Below are positions 39,000 through 49,323 of a stretch of DNA of 64,000 nt, piece by piece. This DNA is from Sphingomonas sp. Its GTDB lineage: Bacteria; Pseudomonadota; Alphaproteobacteria; Sphingomonadales; Sphingomonadaceae. Location: positions 501,306-565,305 of the forward strand of contig CBDFKZ010000003.1 of the NCBI GenBank assembly GCA_965248965.1, written 5' to 3'. Positions within the stretch are counted from its first letter, which is position 1. Every line of letters starts with the position of its first letter. The notes beneath the pieces were generated by a model that worked only from the letters and a program-made list of their open reading frames with translations, did not search any database and was not told where the DNA came from. The position numbers and the translations under genes are program-made.

Positions 39000-41093
39000 G
39001 TGTCACTGAACGAGATTTTGGGATCAGCCATATCCGGCCTGAATGCGTCGCAGGCAGGATTGCGCTCGGTTTCCAACAATATCGCAAATGTCGGCACGCC
39101 TGGCTATGCGCGCGAAACCGTCGCCCAGACAACGGGCGTGACCGCTGGTCGCGTCAACGGCGTGACCGTCGGCGAACCGAGCAGGGTGGCCGACCGGTTC
39201 CTGGAAGCCACCGTTTTTCGGCGCTCGGGCGACATGGGTTCCGCGGACGTGACGTCCAACTACCTGGGCCGGCTGCAATCGCTGCTGGGGGCGCCGGGTT
39301 CCGAATTCGGGCTCCCCGCGCGCCTGGACGCCATCGATTCCGCTGCCGTCGCAATGACCGGGACGCAGGCTTCGCCCCAGGCCGTCGCCTCTTTTGCGGC
39401 CAACGTCCAGGGCGCGATCTCGTCGCTCAACCAGCTCGGCAAGGACGTCGAGGGGTTGAAGGGCGACGTCCAATCCGAAGTCGGCGATACCGTCGACCGG
39501 GTAAACGCGCTGCTCGTGCGCATCGACGACCTCAACCACAGCGTCGCGCGCCTCGACGGCACCGGCTATAGTTCCGCCGGGGCGGCCGACCAGCGCATGG
39601 CGGCGATCGAGGAATTGAGCGGGCTGATCAAGCTGACGGTGCGGCAACAGCCCGACGGCAAGTTGTCGCTGGACACAGCCTCGGGCGTCCCGCTGCTCGA
39701 CAACCGGCTGCGGCAATTGTCGCTGCCGGCTTCCAGCGGGCCGCAGGTCAGCTATCCGGCGATTACCGTCCGCTTTGCAGACACGGCAAGTGGCCCCGGC
39801 CCGGCGACCGGCGACAAGCTGGATTCGGCGTCGGTCGGCGGCAAGCTTGGCGGGCTGATCGATCTGCGCGACCGGGCGTTGCCGGCTTTCTCCGAGCAGC
39901 TGGGGGTCTTGTTCACCGGGCTTTCGCAGAGCCTCAACAGTGTCGCGAATGCCGGCACGACAGTGCCCGCGCCCGCCCGGCTGGATGGTCGGGCGTCGGC
40001 ATTGACGGGTACCGATCGCCTGGGCTTTACCGGCTCAGCCATCTTTGCCGTGACCAAGGCGACGGGCGAGCTTGTGGCGTCGACCACGATCGATTTCTCG
40101 GCGCTGCCCGCGAATGCGACGCTCAACGACGTCCTGGCGAGGATCAACACGGATCTCCAGGGCAGTGCCACCGCCTCGTTCAGCGGCGGCGTCCTTTCGT
40201 TCAAGGCAAACAGCCCCGGCAACGGCGTCGTGATCGCCCAGGACGCGACGGCGCCCAGCGACCGGGGCGGCGTCGGTTTCTCCCAATATTTCGGCATGAA
40301 CGACATGGTTCGCAGCGCGACCAGCACGCTTGTGCCATCGGGCTTCGCGCCGACCGACCCCCATGGGTTCGCGACAGGACAGACCGCCAATTTCGTCCTG
40401 CGGGATGCGTCGGGACGCGCGCTGACCAGCTATACCATGACGGGCCAGACCGGACCGACCTTTGGCGACCTCGTCAGCGAACTCAACGCCAGCCCGCTCG
40501 CCGGCTTTGGCAGTTTCGCCATGGACGCGAAGGGGCGTATCCAGTTCGCGCCCAGCGCGAACGTGCTCGGAACGTCGCTGTCGGTCACCTCGGATTCGAC
40601 CGACCGCCTGGGTACGGGCCAATCCTTTTCCAACATCGCTCAGCTGACGGGCGCGTCGAGCGGCCTGACGACGGCAAGTGTCAGGCCCGACATTCTGACA
40701 AGTCCGGGCAAGCTCGGTCTTGCGCGCTTTCAGCAGGGCATGAACGTCGGCGCCAAGGTGCTCGGAGCCGGTGACAATCGCGGCGCGACGGCGTTCGTCG
40801 ATGCCCTTGCCGCGAACGTGGACCTGGGCAAGGACGGCATCAATTCGACGAGCGCACGCGCCGCCACCCTTTTGGGCAGTGCCGGCACGGCTGCGTCCCA
40901 GGCGGCATCGAGCCTTGCCGACGCGACCGCGCGGCGCGACGATGCGGTCAACCGTCGCGACAGCTTTTCCGGCGTCAATATCGACGAGGAACTCTCGAAC
41001 ATGGTGGTCCTCCAGAACAGCTATTCCGCCGCCGCACGTGTCATCAGCACGGCCAGCGACATGTACGACACCCTGCTGTCGATGGTCCGATAA
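39000..41093 (+). CDS. flgK: Hook-associated protein 1
   Basis: SNNIANVGTPGYAR...SGVNIDEELSNM...SYSAAAR. Confidence 0.96.
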   Translation: MSLNEILGSAISGLNASQAGLRSVSNNIANVGTPGYARETVAQTTGVTAGRVNGVTVGEPSRVADRFLEATVFRRSGDMGSADVTSNYLGRLQSLLGAPGSEFGLPARLDAIDSAAVAMTGTQASPQAVASFAANVQGAISSLNQLGKDVEGLKGDVQSEVGDTVDRVNALLVRIDDLNHSVARLDGTGYSSAGAADQRMAAIEELSGLIKLTVRQQPDGKLSLDTASGVPLLDNRLRQLSLPASSGPQVSYPAITVRFADTASGPGPATGDKLDSASVGGKLGGLIDLRDRALPAFSEQLGVLFTGLSQSLNSVANAGTTVPAPARLDGRASALTGTDRLGFTGSAIFAVTKATGELVASTTIDFSALPANATLNDVLARINTDLQGSATASFSGGVLSFKANSPGNGVVIAQDATAPSDRGGVGFSQYFGMNDMVRSATSTLVPSGFAPTDPHGFATGQTANFVLRDASGRALTSYTMTGQTGPTFGDLVSELNASPLAGFGSFAMDAKGRIQFAPSANVLGTSLSVTSDSTDRLGTGQSFSNIAQLTGASSGLTTASVRPDILTSPGKLGLARFQQGMNVGAKVLGAGDNRGATAFVDALAANVDLGKDGINSTSARAATLLGSAGTAASQAASSLADATARRDDAVNRRDSFSGVNIDEELSNMVVLQNSYSAAARVISTASDMYDTLLSMVR

Positions 41094-41103
41094 GGAAAAA
41101 CCT

Positions 41104-42012
41104 ATGTCCCGCGTCGCGACGATCCCCTTCCAGCGCACCATGTCCTCGGCCATGCAGCAGGCGCAGCAGGCGCTTTCCAAGACACAGGTGCAGCTCGCCA
41201 CGGGCAAAAAGGTCAGCGACTATGCGGGCCTCGGGACGGCGGCCGTTCGAAACATCTCGAGTCACTCGCTGCTGGCGCGACACGAGGCCTATGCCGCCGC
41301 GTCCACTGTCGCCGGCACGACGCTCGCCTTCAACGACGCGCACATGAGCGCGATCGACACCGGCGCGATGTCGCTGAAGAAGGATATCCTCACGGCAATC
41401 GGCACCGGCAAGGGAACCGGATTGCAGGATTCGATCAACGCGGCCTTCTCGCAGTTCCGCGCCTCGCTGAACGCCGCCGAAGGCGGTGGCGCGCTCTTCG
41501 GGGGATCGCAGACCAACGGACCGCCCTTCCTGGTGAACACGGTCGCCGATTCACTGAACACACCGGCAAGCGCCGCATTCGCCAACGACAGCATCAAGTC
41601 TTCGGCACGGCTGGCGGACGGCACCGACGTCGAATTCGGCGTCACCGCAAGCGAGATCGGCAGCGGGCTGTATGCCGCCTTTCAGACGCTCGCCAGCGCG
41701 GGGACGATCGGCGACAACCCGACGCAGGCACAGCTCGACATACTCGGTCAGGCCGCCGGCCAGATCGATGCCGGTCTATCGACGCTGCGCGACGTCAACG
41801 CGGAGAACGGTCGCAAACAGGCGCAAACCGAAGCGCTCGGGACGCGGGCGTCCGACCGGGCGACCCTGCTGCAGGGCGTGATTTCGGTGGATGAAGACGC
41901 CGACCTCGGCCAGGTCGCCATCGACCTGGCTCAGCAAAAGTCGGTGCTGCAGGCCAGCTATTCGGTGTTCTCGCAGCTTTCCGGGCTCAGCCTCGTCAAC
42001 TTCCTGAAATAG
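41104..42012 (+). CDS. flgL: Hook-associated protein 3
   Basis: QLATGKK, LFGGSQT, EDADLGQVA...LSLVNFL; follows flgK. Confidence 0.88.
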   Translation: MSRVATIPFQRTMSSAMQQAQQALSKTQVQLATGKKVSDYAGLGTAAVRNISSHSLLARHEAYAAASTVAGTTLAFNDAHMSAIDTGAMSLKKDILTAIGTGKGTGLQDSINAAFSQFRASLNAAEGGGALFGGSQTNGPPFLVNTVADSLNTPASAAFANDSIKSSARLADGTDVEFGVTASEIGSGLYAAFQTLASAGTIGDNPTQAQLDILGQAAGQIDAGLSTLRDVNAENGRKQAQTEALGTRASDRATLLQGVISVDEDADLGQVAIDLAQQKSVLQASYSVFSQLSGLSLVNFLK

Positions 42013-42054
42013 TCGCCCCAAGGCTGTCCCGACCGGGTTTCCGGCCCGCGCGGT

Positions 42055-43926
42055 TCAGCCAACCGGGGCGGACGGGACGGCCGCCGTATCGACGAGGTCG
42101 GCGATGTCGCCGGCTGGGCTGGCGGACGGGATCGCAGCCATGGCGGTCGTCATCGTGGCCGGGTCGATCGTTCCGATCGTACCCGTCAGCGTATTGAACG
42201 TCGCGGCAGTGGGCAGTTTGGCGAAGGCGGCCACGTAACGGTCATGCAGGCGCGCCAGCGCGTCCTCCCGACCCAGCATGGCCAGCGCAATCGCGTAGCG
42301 CAGGATCTTGGCCTGAACGACCTCCGTAAGCGGCTCCGACTTCCCGAGCGACGTTTCGGTCACATCGACAAGCGCCTTCCAATCGCGACGCTTCCAGTAG
42401 AACTCGCCCCGAATGGCATCGCCGTCGGGTACGTCCTGAAGGACGGCAAGCGCTTCGTTCGCGCGTCCCAGCTTGTCGAGCGCCACGGCTTCGACGCGGT
42501 GGCGCGCCCAGAGCATCTCGTCGGGATAGACGTTCCCTTCGGTCTCGCGGATCGCATCGAGCGCCCGGGCCGGTTTTCCTGCCAGGATGAACAGCGTGGC
42601 GACACGTGCCGACAAGGGTCCCTGGGCGACGTCCTGCGTCCGGACGACAAGCTGGTGTTCGAGCAACTCGGCGGCGCGTTCGTAAAGCCCGGCCGTCTGA
42701 AGGCGGTCGGCAAATTGCGAGACGAGCAGGTCGCCGGCCGCCCCCGCCGGCGACAGGTCCCGATAATCCCAGTAGAGCCCGGCGACCTGATCGAGCGGCA
42801 TGGGGTTCTGGGGCGACAGCGTCGCGGCAAGTACCGATTGAAGTTCGGCAAGCAGCGTCGAGCGATTGCTGCCCCCCCCGAAATAGCGAAAAAGTGTCGC
42901 GCCGGCTTCGAGCGTGCCCCGCATGTCGCCGCCCAGCTTCGACAGCGTGTAGGAAAGTTGCAGGGCGCGCTGCTCGATGTCGTCGCCGCGCCACAGGAAC
43001 CGGATCCGTTTCAGCCGGGCCATGGTGTCGATCGGAATACGACCCGTGCCTGCCTTTGCCTCGAGCCGGCTAAGCTCGGCATCGAGGCGCTGGCCATAAT
43101 CTCCCGACTTGCCGACGCGCGCGAGCAGCAACTGTCCGGCTGCGATATTGCCGCGCGCGACCATCGCCCGGCCGCGCAGCAAATTCGCGGCAGGATCCTT
43201 CTCGGGCATCGTCCTGAGCAGTTCGATCACAAGCGCCGGATTGCCGGTGCGGGCTGCGCTGGCCGCTACCGCCAGAAGAAAAGGCGCGCGAACGGCGCCA
43301 TGTCGCCGATTGAGCGCTGGTATGGCGCAGTTGACCTGGCGGAGTGCGAGGACGTCGTCGCCATTTTCGGCGAAGGCACGCATGCGCCACGCGCAAGCCT
43401 CGGGATTGGTGGCAAGGGCCTCGCTCGACAGGGCGGTGACCGCGGCGGCGGGGCGCCGCAGCTGGGTCAGCGTTGCGCCGAGCGCGAGGTCGAAATTCGG
43501 CACCAGCGCGATGTCGGGCTCGTCCTGTTGCATGACCTCGAGCGCGCCCAACGCCTCGGCGGCGCGGCCGCGACCGATCTGGCTTCGCGCATAGTCCCAT
43601 CGGGCCGCCTGCCGCGTGGCCGGCGTCGCGTTCGTCAACCCTTTGAGGGTCGCATCGTAACTGAGGACTTTCCACCCGCCGGGGAGGGATATCGCGGGCT
43701 GTCCGGCAAATTGCGGCGCAAAGGGCGCGACGTTGCTGGGGCGGCGGAACGGGGCAAACGTAGCCTGTGCCGCATCGGCCGGAACGTCGTCCTTGGCAGC
43801 AGCGGGACCGGCTGCCTGCGGCGCGGTCGTCGCCACGGGTGCCGCGGCCGTTGGAGACGGGTCGGCAGCCGGCGGCGCGCCGGCTGTCGTCGCCGCAATC
43901 GCCAGGAGCGAAATCGCCGAGCGCAT
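42055..43926 (-). CDS. Exported TPR-like flagellar accessory protein
   Basis: Signal-like N-terminus, Pro/Ala linker and long helical repeat-like body; within the flagellar cluster. Confidence 0.75.
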   Translation of the reverse strand: MRSAISLLAIAATTAGAPPAADPSPTAAAPVATTAPQAAGPAAAKDDVPADAAQATFAPFRRPSNVAPFAPQFAGQPAISLPGGWKVLSYDATLKGLTNATPATRQAARWDYARSQIGRGRAAEALGALEVMQQDEPDIALVPNFDLALGATLTQLRRPAAAVTALSSEALATNPEACAWRMRAFAENGDDVLALRQVNCAIPALNRRHGAVRAPFLLAVAASAARTGNPALVIELLRTMPEKDPAANLLRGRAMVARGNIAAGQLLLARVGKSGDYGQRLDAELSRLEAKAGTGRIPIDTMARLKRIRFLWRGDDIEQRALQLSYTLSKLGGDMRGTLEAGATLFRYFGGGSNRSTLLAELQSVLAATLSPQNPMPLDQVAGLYWDYRDLSPAGAAGDLLVSQFADRLQTAGLYERAAELLEHQLVVRTQDVAQGPLSARVATLFILAGKPARALDAIRETEGNVYPDEMLWARHRVEAVALDKLGRANEALAVLQDVPDGDAIRGEFYWKRRDWKALVDVTETSLGKSEPLTEVVQAKILRYAIALAMLGREDALARLHDRYVAAFAKLPTAATFNTLTGTIGTIDPATMTTAMAAIPSASPAGDIADLVDTAAVPSAPVG

Positions 43927-44144
43927 TACTGTAGACCCAGCTTCGGCAGCAGCGAGATACCGGCGGCGCCGATCATGCTGCCGATGAGAAAAATCATGGC
44001 ATAAAGCACGCCCGACGAAGAAGTTTTGGGGGAAACCGATGCCTCGCCTGCCGCCGGCACGACGTCGTCGGCGCGGCGGACCGGCACCGCAGGTGTCGAG
44101 CTGTCGACCAGCTTGACGCGGGCCGGCCTCTGATCTCGGCTCAT
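43926..44144 (-). CDS. Small single-pass membrane protein
   Basis: 72 aa with a C-terminal TM helix; TAATG overlap with the TPR gene. Confidence 0.7.
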   Translation of the reverse strand: MSRDQRPARVKLVDSSTPAVPVRRADDVVPAAGEASVSPKTSSSGVLYAMIFLIGSMIGAAGISLLPKLGLQ

Positions 44145-44220
44145 GGATGTCCCTTCTGTGCTTGATATCCTCTATTATAGGGGGAGCGAGGCGCGCGCGT
44201 GCGCCCCGCCCGGAGTTCCT

Positions 44221-44625
44221 GTGACTAAAAAGACCCTCTTCAAGGCCGCGTCGCTGCTCGCTCTGGCCTCGACCGGCAGCGCCAGTGCGGCGGACAATGG
44301 CCCCCCCGACCGGCCCGAACCGCAGTTCGTGCCCATGCCGCTGATCGTCGTGCCGATCGTGGGTGCCGACAGCATCGAGGGATCGCTGCGCTTCAAGCTC
44401 GTGCTGTCTGCAAAAGACGAAGCGGGGAAGGAACATCTGACCGAGAAATTGCCGGTTCTGCGGGCTGTTTCCGTCGCAGGCGCCATGGAGTTCGCCCGCC
44501 TTTTCGCGTCGGCGCAAAGACCCGTGGACGTGAGCAAGCTGAGCAGCGACCTGACGAAGGCGCTGCGAACGGCCGACGCCCAGGTCGACCGCGTGCTGAT
44601 CGTCGAGGTCTCGGCCGTCAGCTAG
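44221..44625 (+). CDS. Second FliL-like protein
   Basis: Signal peptide, QFVPMPLIVVP, FKLVL, VDRVLIVEV FliL-like fold pattern; GTG start after GGAG. Confidence 0.6.
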   Translation: MTKKTLFKAASLLALASTGSASAADNGPPDRPEPQFVPMPLIVVPIVGADSIEGSLRFKLVLSAKDEAGKEHLTEKLPVLRAVSVAGAMEFARLFASAQRPVDVSKLSSDLTKALRTADAQVDRVLIVEVSAVS

Positions 44626-44628
44626 CAG

Positions 44629-45183
44629 CTAGGGCGCGGCTCGCCGCCCGGAAGGCAGCGGCGGGGCGAGTACGGGCTTCGGCTTCAGGGCTTCCTTGCG
44701 GGCAAGCGACATGCTGAGATCTGCAGCTCCCTTGGGGGTCATGGCTGCCAGGATCATCGCCGTCGACCGGTCGCGCATCCGCTGTGCAACTTTCATCTGA
44801 ACGTCCATGTCGAGCTGCTCGAAGACCAGGGCAGCCTTGCCCGGTTTCATGCTCTGGTAGATCTTGGCCAGATTGTCATATTGCGCCTCTTGCGCAGCGG
44901 CAGGACTGCCGGGTGCGGCGGGGCCGCTTGCAGCCTGCTGGCGCGCCCGCAATTCTGCCTTCAGCCGTTCCTCGGTGGCTCGGGCGGCTTGCTCACGCAA
45001 CTCGAGCGCCCGACCGCGTTGACGGGCGTTTGCATCGCGCGTGGCGACGTCTTGCTTGATGGCCGTGCCCAATCGGGTTGCGGGGGCTTCCGACGCCGGC
45101 GACACCGCGCCCACGGCGTGCGCGACGGTCGATACGGCGGCGGCGACAGCGGTCAGCATCAGGAGTGACGGTTTGCGCTTCAT
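44629..45183 (-). CDS. MotE-like protein (MgtE N-terminal-like domain)
   Basis: LAKIYQSMKPGKAALVF...AMILAAM. Confidence 0.82.
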   Translation of the reverse strand: MKRKPSLLMLTAVAAAVSTVAHAVGAVSPASEAPATRLGTAIKQDVATRDANARQRGRALELREQAARATEERLKAELRARQQAASGPAAPGSPAAAQEAQYDNLAKIYQSMKPGKAALVFEQLDMDVQMKVAQRMRDRSTAMILAAMTPKGAADLSMSLARKEALKPKPVLAPPLPSGRRAAP

Positions 45184-45596
45184 GCGACCGCACTCACCTG
45201 GCGCCGCGGCGCAGGTTGTGGCGCGACCTTTGGCTTGGTGGCCTTGACCTTGGGCTCGATCGCCGGCGGCATTACCGCCTTTTTGCTCATGCTGACGGCC
45301 TCGACGATGCGTTCCGCCACGGAATCGGCGATGCCGGACATGACGGTCAGTTCCTCGCGCATGGCGGTTCCGCTCGCGATGACCTGTGCATTGGCCGCAC
45401 ATTCGGTCCTGAGAATTTCGCGCAGGTCCGCCAGGACCGTTCGAGCCTCCGCCGTCGACGCGTCGAGCGCCGAGATAATGGCGCCGAAGTCATCGCTTTT
45501 CACGGCGCGCAGTGCCCGGAGAAGGCGAAGGCTCTGCACCAGCACGGCTATGCAGAACATCATGGTGAGGATGTTGCTAAAGGTTGCGAAGGTCAT
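45180..45596 (-). CDS. DUF6468 / possibly PflI-like membrane-anchored coiled-coil protein
   Basis: N-terminal TM helix, coiled coil and Pro/Lys-rich tail; third gene of the fliL-fliM operon. Confidence 0.65.
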   Translation of the reverse strand: MTFATFSNILTMMFCIAVLVQSLRLLRALRAVKSDDFGAIISALDASTAEARTVLADLREILRTECAANAQVIASGTAMREELTVMSGIADSVAERIVEAVSMSKKAVMPPAIEPKVKATKPKVAPQPAPRRQVSAVA

Positions 45597-46609
45597 CGCT
45601 TGGTCTCCTTGAACATGTCGGTCACGAGCCGGACCGCGACATTATTGCTGCGCTGGCCGATTTGCGCCCGCCCGAGCGCTATGCCCCCGCACTGGACCTC
45701 GAGAGCGTCGTCGGGCGCGGTGTGAAGCGCGATCGTCTGGCCGACCTTGAACGCGCCGACCTCTTCGAGCCGCAACGTCCGTTCGCCCAGGACCACGTCG
45801 ATCGAAACATCCGTCTTCAACAGTTCGGAGGCCATGTGTGCCTCCCAAATGTTGCCGCGGCCGACCTTGCGGCCCATGAAACGCTGCAGCAGCTTTTCAC
45901 GGACCGGCTCCATCGTCGCATAGGGTAGCAGGATGCTGAACCGGCCACCGCGGCCTTCCATGTCGACGCGGAAGGTTGCGACGGCGGCGATATTGGTGGG
46001 CTCGGCGATCGCGGCAAAGCGCGGGCTGGTCTCCACGCGCTCGAGCTGCATGTTGATCGACGCAATCGGTTCGAAAGCTGCGGCCAGATCCGCGAGGGCG
46101 AGCTGCAGCATCTGGGAAACCAGCGTCGTCTCGATGGTCGTGAAGGCCCGTCCTTCGATCCGCCGCGTATTGCCGCCCCGCCGGCCGCCGAGCAGCGCGT
46201 CGACGACGGCGTAGATCAGGCTCGATTCGACCGTAACGATCCCGTAATTGTCCCACTCCGGGACATTGAAGACGCCGATCATGGCCGGCATCTCGAGGCG
46301 GCTCATGAAATCGCCGAAGCGGATCGACGTCAGTTCGTCGAGGCTGACGTCGATGGCGTCGGTCGTCAGGTTGCGCATGCTCGAGGCGAAGCTGCGCACC
46401 ATGTGCTCGCACACGACCTCGAGCATCGGCAGGCGCTCGTGACTGATGATGTTGGACTCGATGACGGCCTTGAGGCCGCTCTTGCGCGCGACCGGTGCGG
46501 TGTCGCCGAACAAGGCGTCGATGCCAGCCTGGTCGAAGGCGTCGTCCTCTGCCAGGCCGTCGGCGATCGGCGGGTCGGGCAGGTCGAAGTCGATGGCTTC
46601 CTCGCTCAT
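45593..46609 (-). CDS. fliM: Flagellar motor switch protein FliM
   Basis: FDQAGIDALF CheY-binding-like peptide, ERLPMLE, RAFTTIE, C-terminal SPOA domain. Confidence 0.95.
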   Translation of the reverse strand: MSEEAIDFDLPDPPIADGLAEDDAFDQAGIDALFGDTAPVARKSGLKAVIESNIISHERLPMLEVVCEHMVRSFASSMRNLTTDAIDVSLDELTSIRFGDFMSRLEMPAMIGVFNVPEWDNYGIVTVESSLIYAVVDALLGGRRGGNTRRIEGRAFTTIETTLVSQMLQLALADLAAAFEPIASINMQLERVETSPRFAAIAEPTNIAAVATFRVDMEGRGGRFSILLPYATMEPVREKLLQRFMGRKVGRGNIWEAHMASELLKTDVSIDVVLGERTLRLEEVGAFKVGQTIALHTAPDDALEVQCGGIALGRAQIGQRSNNVAVRLVTDMFKETKR

Positions 46610-47115
46610 TGCTGGATCAGGTCCTGAATGAGTATGTCCTTGATCTGGTTCGGCCCTACCGCGCCCACCGCGCGCACCAGCATTTCTTCCTTGATCCGGA
46701 AGACCGCCGCAGAACCGCTCAGATCCTCGGGGCGCAGTTCGCGCAGGAAGGGCTGGAACGCATCGACGATCAGGGGAAGCTTCTTTTTGAGATCGTCCGC
46801 CTTGCTCGCGGTGACGGGTACCAGCGTGAAGCGGATCTTGAGAAAGCGGGCCGAGCCGTCCGCCTCGCGCAGGTTGACCACCATCGGCGGCGCCTCGATG
46901 TACCTGACCTCGCCCTCGTCATGGGCTTCGGACGCGACCTCGTCGGTCGGCTCGCTGCGGCCGAGCAACATATAGGCAGCTCCGCCACCGACCAGGAGCA
47001 GGGCGGCAACGGCGGCGGCGATAATGACCAACTTCTTGCTAAAACGCGGTTTTTTGGGTGCAGACGTACCTTCGGGTACCTCTTCTGCGACGATTTCCGG
47101 CACGGCTTCTGACAA
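46606..47115 (-). CDS. fliL: Flagellar basal-body protein FliL
   Basis: N-terminal TM helix, MVVNL, FLRELRPEDLSGSAAVFRIKEEM. Confidence 0.93.
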   Translation of the reverse strand: MSEAVPEIVAEEVPEGTSAPKKPRFSKKLVIIAAAVAALLLVGGGAAYMLLGRSEPTDEVASEAHDEGEVRYIEAPPMVVNLREADGSARFLKIRFTLVPVTASKADDLKKKLPLIVDAFQPFLRELRPEDLSGSAAVFRIKEEMLVRAVGAVGPNQIKDILIQDLIQQ

Positions 47116-47254
47116 CGGCTTGCCTTTCGTTCCACGGACGCAGGAGAAATTGTTCCCGCCGCCCCAATTCATCTCGTTCCGTCTATTATAGGAGAGGTAC
47201 CGGGCAAATTCTGCCTAGTGCCATCGGAACGAAGATTTATCTGGAGCGAACGAG

Positions 47255-47998
47255 ATGGATGTCTCATCCTATGTTCTGTTGAGCCACGAGCAGGCGCTGC
47301 GCCGGCGGCTGGACGTCGCCGCCAACAACATGGCCAACAGCAGCACGGTCGGCTTCAAGCGCGAACAGCCGGTGTTCCACGAATATGTCGAGCAGGCAGG
47401 CGACGCGAGCGTGCCGGCTGCGGGCAACACGTCTTATGTGCTCGATTACGGAGCCGTCCACGACACGGCGGCAGGGGCGTTCCAGCAGACCGGGAATGCG
47501 CTCGACGTGATGATCGACGGGCCGGGCTACCTCGGCGTCGAAGCACCCGATGGCAGCACGGCCTATACGCGCGCCGGCTTCGTCAAGGTGCTCGGCTCCG
47601 GCGATCTGGCAACGGCCGGCGGGCAACGACTGCTCGATGAAAACGGCAAGCCGATCAACGTCCCGCCCGACCAACAGGCGAACCTCAGCATCGGCAGCGA
47701 CGGCTCGGTCATGAACGGCACCGATGTGCTCGGCAGGCTCGCCGTGACGGTGTTTGCCGATGAAGGCGCAGTGTCGCCGCGCGGCGACGGCATGATGATC
47801 GGGACGGGCGGTCGCGTGCTTGGCGCTGCCGAAACCAAGCTGAAGTCGGGCGGCGTTGAATCCTCGAACGTCCAGCCGATCGCCGAGACGACGGCCATGG
47901 TCGAGATCCTTCGCTCCTACCAGACGAGCCAGCGCCTGTCGCAGGCGCTCGACGATCTTCGCAAGAACGCCATCGATCGGCTCGGCCGGATCACCTGA
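47255..47998 (+). CDS. flgF: Basal-body rod protein FlgF
   Basis: DVAANNMANSSTVGFK, TGNALDV, YTRAG, ESSNVQP. Confidence 0.93.
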   Translation: MDVSSYVLLSHEQALRRRLDVAANNMANSSTVGFKREQPVFHEYVEQAGDASVPAAGNTSYVLDYGAVHDTAAGAFQQTGNALDVMIDGPGYLGVEAPDGSTAYTRAGFVKVLGSGDLATAGGQRLLDENGKPINVPPDQQANLSIGSDGSVMNGTDVLGRLAVTVFADEGAVSPRGDGMMIGTGGRVLGAAETKLKSGGVESSNVQPIAETTAMVEILRSYQTSQRLSQALDDLRKNAIDRLGRIT

Positions 47999-48043
47999 TG
48001 CCTGTCGCTTCCCGCTTCCTGATTTCTTCCTGAAAGGATTTCC

Positions 48044-48826
48044 ATGCGCTCTCTCTCGATCGCCGCCACGGGCATGCTGGCCCAGCAGACCAACGTGGAC
48101 GTCATCTCGAACAACATCGCCAACATGAGCACGACCGCGTTCAAGCGGCAGCGCGCCGAATTCCAGGATCTGCTGTATCAGCAGGTCTCGCGTGCCGGTG
48201 CCGCGTCGGGCAGCAATACCAAGTTGCCGACCGGGATCGAGATCGGCGCAGGCGTGAAGACCGGCGGAGTCTATCGCATTTCCGAACAGGGCGCGCTTTC
48301 TCAAACGGGGAACCCGTATGACATGGCGATCCAGGGCCGCGGGTTTTTCCAGATCACCCTGCCGAGCGGCGAAACCGGCTATACCCGCGACGGGTCATTC
48401 CAGCTGTCCGACCAGGGCGAGCTGGTGACGGCCGACGGCTTTCCGGTCCAGCCGGGCATCACGGTACCGCAGGGTGCGGTTGCCGTGACCGTGTCGAAAA
48501 CGGGCGAAGTGCAGGTCACCATTGCCGGCACGCCGGCGCCCCAGACGGTCGGGCAGCTGCAGCTGGCGACTTTCGTCAATGAAGCGGGACTGCAGGCGCT
48601 CGGCGGCAATAATTTCCTGGAGACCGCAGCGTCGGGCCAGGCGACGATAGCGTCCCCGGGCGAACCCGGCTTTGGCACCCTCACGCAGGGGTTCATCGAA
48701 CAGTCGAACGTGAATCCGGTCAGCGAGATCACCGCGCTGATCACGGCGCAACGCGCCTATGAAATGAACAGCCGGGTGGTGAAGACGGCGGACGAGATGC
48801 TGGCGACCACCAGCCAGTTGCGCTGA
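48044..48826 (+). CDS. flgG: Distal rod protein FlgG
   Basis: ISNNIANMSTTAFKRQRAEFQDLLYQ...AQRAYEMNSR. Confidence 0.97.
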   Translation: MRSLSIAATGMLAQQTNVDVISNNIANMSTTAFKRQRAEFQDLLYQQVSRAGAASGSNTKLPTGIEIGAGVKTGGVYRISEQGALSQTGNPYDMAIQGRGFFQITLPSGETGYTRDGSFQLSDQGELVTADGFPVQPGITVPQGAVAVTVSKTGEVQVTIAGTPAPQTVGQLQLATFVNEAGLQALGGNNFLETAASGQATIASPGEPGFGTLTQGFIEQSNVNPVSEITALITAQRAYEMNSRVVKTADEMLATTSQLR

Positions 48827-48827
48827 C

Positions 48828-49301
48828 ATGCGGACCGTCCACATCCTGGTCGTGGGTATCGGCTTGCTGGCGGCGCCGCTGTTCGCTCAGTCCACCCTGC
48901 CGCCGGATCCGGTGGCGCCGACGGTCACGGTCCCCGTGCTCGACCATGCCGTCGCCAAGGGCGATCTGCTGAGTGCCGGCGATTTCGTGCCGAAGGAAAT
49001 ATCCGCGGCAGAAGCGCGCGGGGCTCCCGCGCTGAAGCAAGTCGTCGGCATGGAAGCGCAACGGGCATTGTCCGCAGAGAGCGTCGTCCGCACGTCGGAC
49101 GTCATCCGCCCGCAACTCGTCCGCCGCGGCGAGCCGGTCACGATCACCCTGCGCGATGGCGGCCTGTCGATCAGCACCGAGGGGCGCGCACTGGGCAGCG
49201 GCGCTGCGGGCGAATTCGTTCGCGTCGTCAGCCTGTCGACCAATCGCACGCTCGACGGCGTCGTCGAAGGCACCGGCGCTGTCCGCGTCGCAGCCCATTG
49301 A
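48828..49301 (+). CDS. flgA: P-ring chaperone FlgA
   Basis: SAF domain, VRRGEPV, GRALGSG; lies between flgG and flgH. Confidence 0.9.
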   Translation: MRTVHILVVGIGLLAAPLFAQSTLPPDPVAPTVTVPVLDHAVAKGDLLSAGDFVPKEISAAEARGAPALKQVVGMEAQRALSAESVVRTSDVIRPQLVRRGEPVTITLRDGGLSISTEGRALGSGAAGEFVRVVSLSTNRTLDGVVEGTGAVRVAAH

Positions 49302-49323
49302 ATCTTATCCCGGGAAATCGATC

